Assembly: GCA_016748015.1 (NCBI GenBank)
Contig: JAAOMT010000479.1
Span: 213,824 to 277,823 of the forward strand
Origin: Geosiphon pyriformis uo1
Lineage: Eukaryota > Fungi > Glomeromycota
Direction of reading: 5' to 3'
Length of the DNA stretch: 64,000 nucleotides
Part shown: positions 31,967-42,407 of the stretch, piece by piece
How the letters are laid out: each line of letters starts with the position of its first letter
Position numbering within the stretch: the first letter of the stretch is position 1
Made by a program: the position numbers and the translations under genes
The notes under the pieces: model-generated
Database searches by the model: none
Told to the model about the DNA's origin: nothing
The model's input: only the letters and a program-made list of their open reading frames with translations

Positions 31967-34900
31967 GTGATTTAGTCTGAAAGTTTGCAACATGTAACAT
32001 TAGAGGCATGAAAAATCCTGCAAAGCAGAAGGACATTGTATATTGGCATGTAAAATCTGAAAACATGGTCTTAATTGTTACTGAAACAAAGTTGAAGTCT
32101 GGTTGTAGATCTTGGATTATGAACAAGTTTGATAGTATCAGAATTTTTTCATCTGGTTTGAACAAAGGGTTTCTGGGTGCTAGGGTGGCCATTGTCATGA
32201 ATAATTTTTTGGCCTGTCATGTTTCTAAAGAGTAAGAGATTCCTGGTTGGGTTATTTCAGTGCATCTTCTATTTAAAAGTAAACTCTCAGTTATGATCTT
32301 AGATTTGTATGCTGGTGCATCCTCTAGAATTAGGTTTGGTTAGGCTTTAGAAGTCAACTCTTTTATTGTGAGAGCTTTGAACTCCAGTACTTTTGTGGTC
32401 TTGGATGGTAATTTCAATGAAAATAATTTTAAGAAAAGTGCTAGTTTCAGGTTTTGTTTGCACCTGGGTTTAGCCAACTTGTTTGGTACTTATCCATTGG
32501 TCAGAGCTCCTACATGAAGCAATTTAAAGGGTGTTGAGAAAACAATCGATTATATTTTTGTCAGTGATAGTTTGTCTTCAGCAGTTGCTGATCAGATTGT
32601 CACTTTTGTCTCTGATTATTTTGACACTAATTACAAGGCTGTTATGGTGTCTGTTGGTCTGGGTGGGCTTTTGGATGTACATTTAAATGGTTTGCACAAA
32701 CCAGCTAATAAAGATTGATGGAAGTTTAAGATTGCAGATGCAAATGGTCCCAAATAGACTTATTTCAAAGAATGTTCTTCAGTCAGATTTTCTTCTGTGG
32801 TTAGGGAGTTTTTGGTCACTGGTACTGATAGGAATTTTGATTTTATGTGGTCTTTGTTGGTGAAAGTATTGGTTAATTCAGCAGATGAAACATTCTTTAG
32901 ACATTGGTTTTGTGAAGTCAAATATTCTTCCAACAAACAATCTTCAAAATTTTTTAAGCTAGAACTGCTGGTTGCTAAAGTAGTAAAGTCTCTTCAGTCT
33001 GGTAATGCTTCTAAGTCTGGTTTTCTTCTCAATGCTTGGTTGAATGCTAATGAAAGTAAGGCTCTTGAAGTTCAAAACATGTTGAATAGTAATGCCAACA
33101 GTGCAGATATTTTTGTCTGTTTGTCTAGATTTAGGAAAAATTACCATTGTTCCAAGATACATAAGGCTAAAGCTGTTGAAGCTGCTACAATTAGGCATGC
33201 CATTGACAAGAGAATAGAAAATTTTTGCACAGACAAAAGCAGCATAATCAAAAGTATTTTAGATAAACCTTTTTACAAGATGGTCTTTGACCATTTGGTG
33301 ATAGATAATAAACTTGTTTTGGATCCTAGCAAAGTTAAATCCAAAGTTGATATGATAATGAAAGAGTGAACCAGAAAACAGTCAGCACTTACACCCCTTT
33401 CTATTCTTTGGGCTTGTCAGTATGTCCTTTTGCAATATGTAAATGATGATGCTTTCTCTAATATTATGGATGTTATTGGTTTTGATGAGCTTTCTCAGGT
33501 TGTCAAACATTTGCCAGATAAGAAGACTGCTGGCCTTAGTGGTATTCTTAATGAATTGTGGAAACACTGTGATGAGATCATTTTTAGGAGTTTATTGAAT
33601 CTTCTGAATTTGTGTCTAAAAGTGGGCAAGATTCCAGTTTTGTGGAGGAAGGCATAAGTCTCTATGATACCTAAACCTTATGATTGGAATGGTGTTCTGA
33701 CGAACACTTGCCCTATTGCTTTATTAGAGACTGCTCACAAGATCCTTTCTAAGATCTTCTCAAATCAAATTTTTCTTGCTTGTAGTAAGTTCGGTGTGTT
33801 GCATGGGGATAATTTTTTCATTCTTCAAGATATCTTTACACAGTCTCCCATTTTTGCTGTTGGCTCAGTTGTGGAAGATGCTTTGGAGAAAGGCAGAGAG
33901 GTTTGGTTAGTTTTGCAGGATATGTGTAAAGCGTATAACTCAGTTGGCTGGCATTATTTGGAGACTAGTTTGTGGTGCATCAAAATGTGTGACAGATTTA
34001 TTGAGTTTTTTGGTGGGATTTATAAAGACAAATTGAACTGTGTTATGACAGATTTTTTGGTCTTTTGGATGATTACTAAATTCTGAATGGTTTTAATCAA
34101 AGCAAAGTGTTCTCTCCTTTCCTTTAACAGATCTTCTATAACCCCTTGCTATGTGAGATTAAAAGACAGAAAAGCATATGTGACTATCGGATTGATATCA
34201 AGTTTGTGGCCAAATCAGGCAGGATAAACAATATGGGTGAAATGACTTTTTTCTTTGCAGCTGGTGCTTTTGTCAACAATACTATCTAGGTTAGGAGTAG
34301 TCAGGCTGCTACACAATTTATATTAGACATTGTTAGTAAGTTCTTTGCAATTAATAATATTTTGATTAATAATGACAAAATGGTGATCATTCTCATCAAC
34401 CAGAGGGTTCAAAAAGCTGTTCTCAAAATTAGTGGATTGCCTATTTTGATTGCTAAACATGGTGTGTCTCATAGATACTTGGGTATATTCTTGTCAACTG
34501 ATGGTTTGTTCAAGTCCAGCTTGGTTAAAGCTTAGTCTAATGTCAAGTTCTTTTCCAATATAGTGCTATGTAAAGCTATTTTAGACAAACAATTCGTATA
34601 TTTGGTATTGGCTGTTCTTTAGCCCATTGTTAGCTATTGTACCCAATTTAGTTTTGTGTTTTCTGCTGTTTGTTAGCACTAGGATGGTCTAATTAGAAAA
34701 GACTTTAAGTTAAAGACTGGTTTGTCCTGAGATTTCTGAATAAGATGTTCTATCATCTCTCACTTTATGATCTGAAGATGTTTGAATAAGTTCAAGCTAA
34801 GAGGAAGTTTGCTTCTGTCATGAGTTTTTCTAATTCTTCTGGAATTGTTGGTCAGCTTTTTGAGCACCACTTCTTGGATTTACAGATTTTAGGTTGGGCC

Positions 34901-36654
34901 TCTCTTAATCCCCTGCAGTTTCCTGTAAGACTGCATGTTAGTCTCTTTAACAACTTTCTGGCTGAGATAGTGCATATTTTTTTAATCAATAAAATTTCTA
35001 TAACGAACAATTTGCCTAGTGCTTTTCTTAGTTCTGGCAAGTATCCTGTCTCTGGTGTCTTAGGGTCTTCTTTGTACTATGTTCGAGTTAGTTTTTTGAA
35101 AAAATTTGGTATAACTTTTTGTGATAGATTTTTAGACAAATAAGGTAAAGTCCTGAATTAGCAAACATTCTGGTATTGGAAAAGGCTGGATCTCAGGAGA
35201 CCTGTGCCTTCTTAGTTTATATTAGTGTCAAGATTTTTGCATGATAAGGTTCTTTTTTCAGCTCCATCCAATAGCAATTCTTTGGTAGATGTCAATAATG
35301 TTTTGCTTTTGGAGCAGTTTTTTGCTGTTAAAAATGATTTGCTTGAGGTCTGGTCAGATTCTATTTCTGTTTTCACGGATGGCTCTTTGAAAGGACTTGG
35401 TTTTGTTGATGTGACTGGAGGTGCTGCAGTGTTTTTTGCTGAGATTGGATTAGGCATTGGGGTTAGAGTTGTAGGTCTATTGTCTTTCACAATGACTGAG
35501 TTTTAGGCTGTTGCCTTGGCACTGGAATGTGTACCTTTCTCTTGTTCAGTAGAGATGTGCTTGAACAGCCAAGCTGTCTTAAATGCATGTGTTTCGAAGT
35601 TAAGTTCAGGTGGCCCTGATTTTTGTAATTGTTGTTGGATGGAGAAAAGGCATATTGCAAATTTAATTGTTCAAAAAAACATTTCTGTAAGCTGATTAAA
35701 GATCAAAAAACACTTTGGTGTACTGAGTAATGTTTGTGCAGATGGCTGGTAGGCATTTCTGCTCATTTCTTTCTGTTTTTGCCAACTAATGTGCATGAAC
35801 ATTTTTTAATGGCCAATGGCATGCTGATTTTTGATAATATTCAACACTTTGTTTGGAATATTTTTAGATCTGTAAATTGCATGCGCTAAGAAGTTGGTCC
35901 TGGTTCTAAGATTCTGGGTGGTTTTTCAATTTGTGATGTTGACTGAGTTAGAACTATGGCCATCTGGCATTCTGATTCAAGTATGCTTTCAGGTTCTATG
36001 AGTAGACATTTGGTTGGTTTGCACTCCTATTTCATGAAAGCAGTATATGGTAGGCTGCCTGTTGTGGTTAGAAAAAAGCTTTATAACAAAAACTATTCTG
36101 GAGTTTTGTGTTTATAATGTGGAGAAGTTGAGTTCTTTGATCATGTGTTTATTTGTGGCAAGGAATCTATCTCCTGTAAAAAAATTCTATTTGAGTGTGT
36201 GTCAACTTGGAGGTCTTTGGCTAGTTCTTGTTTTCCAGTTTTTTTCATGGTCTCAAAATTTCTTCTCTTGTGTATGTCTGATGTCGGCTTATATGCTTTT
36301 CTTTGTAAAAATTTTGTGCTGGCAGGGTGGTTTGAGGAAGCTGTGCAAATTTTTGTGAATTGCAAAGAAGCTGCCTGGGTTCTGGTTGACTTTGTACAAA
36401 ACATAGGTATGCATCACTGTTCTGAGTTGTAAGGGTTCAGGTTCAGATTTAGGGCTAACATAAAGAGAAACAATCTGATTAGTGACTCAGAAATGTTGCT
36501 ATTGGTGTATTGTAGCTTAGAGCAAAGTTTGTCAGATGGCATAGTTAGGTTGATTGGTATTGATGATTCTTTTGGAGTGAGTTTTGGTTTTTGTAGGTCT
36601 TGTTTGTTTTTTTCTGGTTTGTTTGATATGATATCTGTTTATATAAGTGTGTAG
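31963..36654 (+). pseudogene. LINE ORF2 (AP endonuclease, reverse transcriptase, RNase H, C-terminal CCHC)
   Basis: ATCNIRG, VTETKL, GNFNE, IDYIF (APE); IPKP..PIALLE..KILSKI, QDMCKAYNSV, YLGI (RT); SVFTDGSL (RNase H); CxxCGEVEFFDHVFIC. Confidence 0.9.
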
Positions 36655-37685
36655 TGTCCTTTTGATTAATCCAAATGACTAATTACATATAATAAATGCA
36701 TAAATTACATCTAGCTGGGGTCCACAGTTTTGACTCTGTATACTAAGTAGTAATTGGGCTGCACTCATTAAATTTTAATAAAAAAAAATTAATAAACACA
36801 AAACAAAATAAAAAATAAAATAAAAATTAATATTCTGTTAATAGTTATAATTAAAAACTATTATTTTAGTGTTGTTAATAATATTGTATTAATACTATTG
36901 ATTTTAATAAAAAAGTAATTGAATTTTAATAAAATAAGTCAAAACTTATAAAATTATATTAAATAATATAATTTTAATAATTTTATTTAAATAATTATAA
37001 ATATTAAGTATTAAATTATTAATATATAAAAATTATTTAATAAAATAAAACTAAATTTGTTTTTAATTAAGCTTGTTTGTTTTTTCTGTTTTTAATATTT
37101 TTACTATATATATATATTTCTGAAATTTTTGATATTTTTTTTAATATTTTTGGAATTTTTATTAATATTTCTAAAATTTTTAATATTATATGTTTTAATA
37201 ATTTTATATTTTTCTATTGATTATTTTTGTTATATTTTATTATTATTATTATTTTGTTTTATTTAATAAGTAATATCATAATTAAGAGTTATTATTTTAG
37301 TATTATTAATAATATTGTGTTAATATAATTAATATTAATAAAAAAATAATATGATTTTAATAAAAAAGTATAAATTTATAATTAAATAATATAATTAATT
37401 TAAAATAATTATAACTTTAAATATTAGATTGTTAAATATAAAAATTACTTAATAAAATAAAAATTAAATTTATTTTTAATTTAACTTATTTGTTTTTTTT
37501 GCTTTTAATATTTTTTATATATATATATAAATTTTTATAATATAAAATTTCTGAAATTTTTACTGGAATTTTTGGTATTTTTATTAATTTTTTTGAAATT
37601 TTTAAAATCTCTATTAAAATTTTTAATATTCTATATTATTAATTAATTATGTTGTTGTTTTTTTGTTTTATTTTATAAGTAATAA

Positions 37686-38415
37686 TATCTTATAAAATCT
37701 AATATTATATTTTTTAAAGATTTAATATATTAAAAAGCTTATAAAATTGAAATTTCAATAATTTCCAGACTATATTGCTTTAATAATTTTGAATTACTAT
37801 TTAAAATTATAAACAATACTTAAATTTTAATAAAACTTAGTTTTAAAAATAAAATTATTAATTAATATAATATTATTTTTATAATTTTTATCATTAATTA
37901 GTATATATTATTATTTTAACTATTATTTATTATTTTATTAAATTATTTAAATTATTAATAATCTAATTTATATAATATACAAATATAATTAAAATACAAT
38001 AATCAGATTATATAATATCTTAAATACTATAATATTTAAGAAATTGCCAAAATATTTAAAAGTTTATTAAAATATTTAACAGTTTATTAAAATAATGAAT
38101 AATTTTGTTTAAATAATTTGTAGTTTACTAAAATATATTTTTAATTTATCAAAAAATTAGCAAAAAAAGTCTTAATTTATAAAATAGTACTATAATAATT
38201 TAATAAAATCTATTTTAAAAAATCATAATTTTTTTAAATTAAATACTGTTTAAAAATCTACAATTATAATTAAATTTTAAAATTAATTAGTTATTAATTT
38301 TAGTAATTACTTAATTATTTTTAAATCTAAATTAAAACCAATTTTTTTTATTTTTATAATTTTTTTATATTATTAAGTAATTTATAATTAAATAATATAA
38401 AACTATTATTAAAAA
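37686..38415 (+). mobile_element. Very old C-family gypsy 3' end (ORF3 tail, PPT, LTR; LTR resumes at ~50470)
   Basis: Colinear with the reverse complement of ~40430-39700 after C>T/G>A erosion. aaattgatttttacaacaaaataactatat at ~50497 continues the same LTR. Confidence 0.65.
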
Positions 38416-39276
38416 AACTCTTTGTCTCCTTAATTTTATGACCACAACCAGAGCAAAGAGTAAAAAAAAAGCTGTACTTGATATCTGTCCTGAGATATCT
38501 AATAAAATTTCAACCAGAAGAGCTCTTTTTATTGTTGAAGCAACGAGACAGAACATTTTAGAAGTCTTTCTTCTACCCAATAATTATGATAAGCTGCCTT
38601 TGATAGTCACTGAAGCAACTTTCTCATCTTTGGCTGGTTTTTTGCCAGTCAAAGTTCTCTCAAAGAGACACACTTGGGTTAGTCTCAGTGTTGCTTCTAC
38701 TCCTACTAAGAGCTCAAAAATGTTTAATAATAGACCAGTTAACAAGCTGGTCTTCTCTTTTATAGCTTCTATATCTGGTGCTGTTAGCACCACCTCTTCA
38801 AAAAAAATGGTCAAAAAGACCAAAAGTTCAGAAAAGTGGAGACAGTCACTTGCCTTTACTATTATTACACCAAACCCCTTTGTGGTTCTCAATGAGATCT
38901 TAGATAAGATCTCTGTAGCATTATCTGGCATGTTGTCTAAGATAGGCCAAGATCAACCACTGGCTGTGTTGCCAAATGTGGTGTCTTCCAGCAGATCATC
39001 ACCAGTTTTGGAAACAAAACAATCTTCTTTTGTTGAGTTACCTGTTCTTGAGAACTGGGCTGATCAAATAGAAACTGAATTATCTCCTTCTCTAGTTTCT
39101 GGTGCTATTTCTGGTGGTGTTTGGGAAACTATTACTAGTTGTCAGAGGTTTGCTGGGTGGGTGGCCTCCACTCTGGTGCCTGGTGCTACTTTTAAAATCA
39201 AATTGGCTCATGTTAAGGCTGTTTTTCAATCTGTACATGGTTTTTTGGATGCTAAGTCTGTTTCAAAAGACAATGT

Positions 39277-40259
39277 TGTTACTGGAGGTTTTTGGTCTCT
39301 TCTTAGTTCTTGTATGTTTGTTGTAATGCTGTTAATTCATGATTATAGGAAGTGTTTGAACTTCCAATAACTGAATTTATCTTCAAATTATCTTCTATAA
39401 TTTGAACTGCTGGGCTTATAAGTGGAATGGCCAATTCTGTGCCAGTTACTTTGTATAGTTACATTGTAGTAAACGTTAACTTTTTCGCAGGAATTGCTCA
39501 TCTAGAAGCTCACTAAAAATGTGTAGTTACTTTGCTGTAAAAATCAACTCTTCTATAGGAATTCTCATCTGTAGGCTACCCAAATGATTTATAATAAGAA
39601 AAAAAAGAGAATAAAAGAAATATAAAAGAAAAAGTAAAACTGATGATTTATGAAAGTCATTTCGGATCCAGGCCTGGAAGTGCTTTAACAGTCTACTGAA
39701 ATTGATAGCTAATCAATTTTAAACTGTTAGTAGGAATTGGTTAATTTCAAGGAAAATAATTAAGAATTTGGTTTTTTAAATTTATTTGATATTTATTTTG
39801 TTTTTGTGTGTAAAGGATGATTCTAATTATTAAATCTGAAGTAAGATACATTTTCTCGAAGAGAGAAGCTTTTCTTTTATACAACTTGTTATAATACTAT
39901 TCTATAAACTTGAACTTTGCTCTTTTCTACAATTTCGCTGAACTAAAGATACATTTTGGCAAACTACAAGTTATTTCTGCAAACTATTAGATATTTTGGT
40001 GAACTATCAATTATTTCGGCAAATTTCTACAAATTTCGGTGAACTTTTGAATGTTACATATTTTGGGGTATTGCATAATTGATCATTGCACTTAGGTTAC
40101 ATTTGTGTTATGTACAAATTAGGTTATTAATTAAATGATAATTTTGGACATTTTGCTAATGTAATAAGTGATAATTTGAAATGATAATATGCTAATTAAT
40201 GATAAGATTTATAAGAGTAATTTCATGCTAAACAATATCTCTAATTTTGTCTGGTAACA
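39277..40259 (-). repeat. 3' LTR of element C
   Basis: Direct repeat of 48068-49045. PPT AAGAAGGAGG lies adjacent on the minus strand (40263-40272). Confidence 0.95.
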
Positions 40260-40896
40260 TAACCTCCTTCTTAAGACTGAGCTCTATTAAAGTCCAAGTA
40301 CTGTCTGTAGTTTCCAGATAATAATCCAAAATTATTGAAGAAATTTGGTCTGAAAATTGTTGAAATTTCAGTTCTGTGAGCTTTCCAATGTATTGAATCT
40401 TCAAAGGCTATAAAATTGGGTTTTGTAGGACGTTTTCACAGGTGTGGAATAGATCATAAAGTCTAAGAGCAGTTCTTAGTTTATAACGACTGTTTGTAGG
40501 TCCAGCTGTTGTCTTGAATTCATTGTGGAGTTGTTTCTGAATAGCTTCTTTTGTGAGATTTGCTGCTGTAAGCTTCCATTTTTGTTCATAAAGTGTTTTT
40601 CCAATGTAAAAATATTTATATATTGGAGTATAGTCGTAGTTTTCTTCATTAAGACACAGTTGAAGTTTTTGTTGAATAGTAGTATTCAGTGGAATACTAA
40701 TAGGAGTGAGTGTTAAGTTTTCTCTTAAAGCAAGCTTTAGAAGTTCTGACAGGTGAATTCCAGAATAACTTCTTGTGTTCTTCTTATACGGGTGATATTT
40801 TTGTGCATTTGGGGCTAAATTTGTAACTACTTTTGTTTGGGTATAATTAATGTGATTTCCAGTAATAGTAATAGATAATTCGGGTATGGTTTTTAT
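40228..40896 (-). pseudogene. Extra ORF3 of element C (~222 aa, unknown function)
   Basis: Manual translation gives 223 codons with one internal TAG (40408-40410) and a probable ATG>ATA start, so the ORF track misses it. Confidence 0.75.
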
Positions 40897-40977
40897 GTTA
40901 TTTTTGTTTTGTTTTGTTTTTTTTTGTGAGATTGTTTCTAAATTATAATGATATAACTATAATAATAAATTCAAATT

Positions 40978-42360
40978 AAGTGTTCAAATTGGGAGATTGT
41001 TTAATGACAACTATTGGTTCTAATTTTTGGGGAATATCTTCGGGATTGATTAAAAGAGAATGTGTACCAATTTGTGGAATTAATGGTTCAGGATTGTTTC
41101 TAGAATTATAGTGTTTCAAATAATCTCCATGTGCAACTTTTGCTAGGATTTTGTCATCAAGTCTTAGCTTGTATGATCCATTGCCTAGAACTTTATGGAT
41201 AAAGTATGGTCCATCTCATTTATTTTCAAATTTTCCACTTTATTGTTTTTTAGTTTTAGTTCTGTGTAAGAGAACTTTGTTTCCAATTTTAAATCTATTG
41301 GTAATTGGAGGCAATTTGTTATCATGCCATTTTTTTTGTTGAGCTTGGGAGTGTTTAATATGGGTGGCTGCTATTCATCATTTTTCTTCCAACGTGCTAA
41401 GCAGAGTGTAGGCTCTTTGTTGTAGTGTTTCTTGGAAATTGTTTTTATCAATTGATTGTGTTGGGTATGTTTCCACGGTGAAACTAATTGGTAATATTGC
41501 TGTCTTTCCATAAGTTAAATCAAATGGTGTGTGTTTTGTGGTATCTTGTTTTAGTGTTCTATATGCCAGTAACACTGATGGAATAAAGAGATCCCATTCT
41601 TGCTTAAAATTGGTTGAGACTTTGGCTAATGATTCACACAATGTTCTATTGAAACATTCTACAAGTCCATTTGTTTGTGAATGGTAGGGCAAAAATAATG
41701 GTCTCTTGACATTAAATTGTCCACAAATTTCCTGGATTAAATTGTTCACGAAATGTGTTTCTTGATTAGATAAAAGTTCTATTGGGCATCTATGTCTACA
41801 AATGATGTCTTCGTAGATGAAGTTTGCTACTGATTTCACATCTGCTCATTGAATGGCTCTGGCTTCAGGCCATTTGGTGAGATAGTCTACAGCTACTGCA
41901 ATATAACAATTTCTTTGGTTTGTGATAGGGAGTGGTCTGACTAAATCAATACCAACTTGGTTAAATGGCTGTCCAACTTTGATTGGATTTAAAGGTTCTG
42001 TAGAGCAAGTTCTTCCTCTTCTTTGACAATTATCACAAGACTTAACATATTTATGAATGTTTTTTCTCATTTGAAGCCAAAAATAATATGCTAGTGTTCT
42101 CTGGGTGGTGCTGTCTTTTCCTAAGTGTGTTAATGAAGGATCTGAGTGCATGTTATATAAAATGGTTTTTTTTTATGTTCTTGTATTAATCTGAGCAGAT
42201 TGTCTGAGTTTCTGAAGTTTTGATAATAAATAATGTTGTTGTATAAGAAGTATTGTTTGGCTTGTTGTTGTAACTGATGTTTTTCATCTGAGGACCAATC
42301 TGTTGGGATTGTTAATGTCTCCAGATATTGTTTAAGATTATTGTAGTTTTCAGGGTTCAT
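40978..42360 (-). pseudogene. Integrase of element C
   Basis: MHSDP..HLG...YFW...CDNCQ, VGIDLV, AVDYLTKWPEA, QTNGLVECFNRTL, GPYFIHKVLGNGSYKL. Confidence 0.92.
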
Positions 42361-42407
42361 TGTTTGTTGTTTTATTGTTAATTCAAATGGGTGTTGTTTT
42401 TATGTTC

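Larger units (their letters stand above)
30031..36788 (+). mobile_element. Full-length LINE (ORF1 plus APE-RT-RNase H-CCHC ORF2), inactivated
   Basis: Poly(A) at 36780-36788 and an eroded ~16-bp TSD (ttaataaataaaaaaac / ttaataaacacaaaac). Two tandem ORFs. Confidence 0.92.
28812..37685 (-). mobile_element. Highly eroded A-family gypsy relic D (gag relic plus 5' LTR split by the LINE)
   Basis: Reverse complements of 29745-30030 and 36789-37685 match successive parts of the A LTR. ~29500-29740 matches the start of A gag. Confidence 0.6.

Noticed and set aside
39277-39370. Hydrophobic C-terminus of the 310-aa ORF 38438-39370
   Set aside because: This is read-through into the inserted LTR. The true frame resumes at 49050.
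40228-40896. env gene interpretation of ORF3
   Set aside because: No signal peptide or transmembrane segment is visible, and it is too short.
40978-41200. Chromodomain at the integrase C-terminus
   Set aside because: The ORF ends shortly after the GPY/F motif with no chromodomain pattern.
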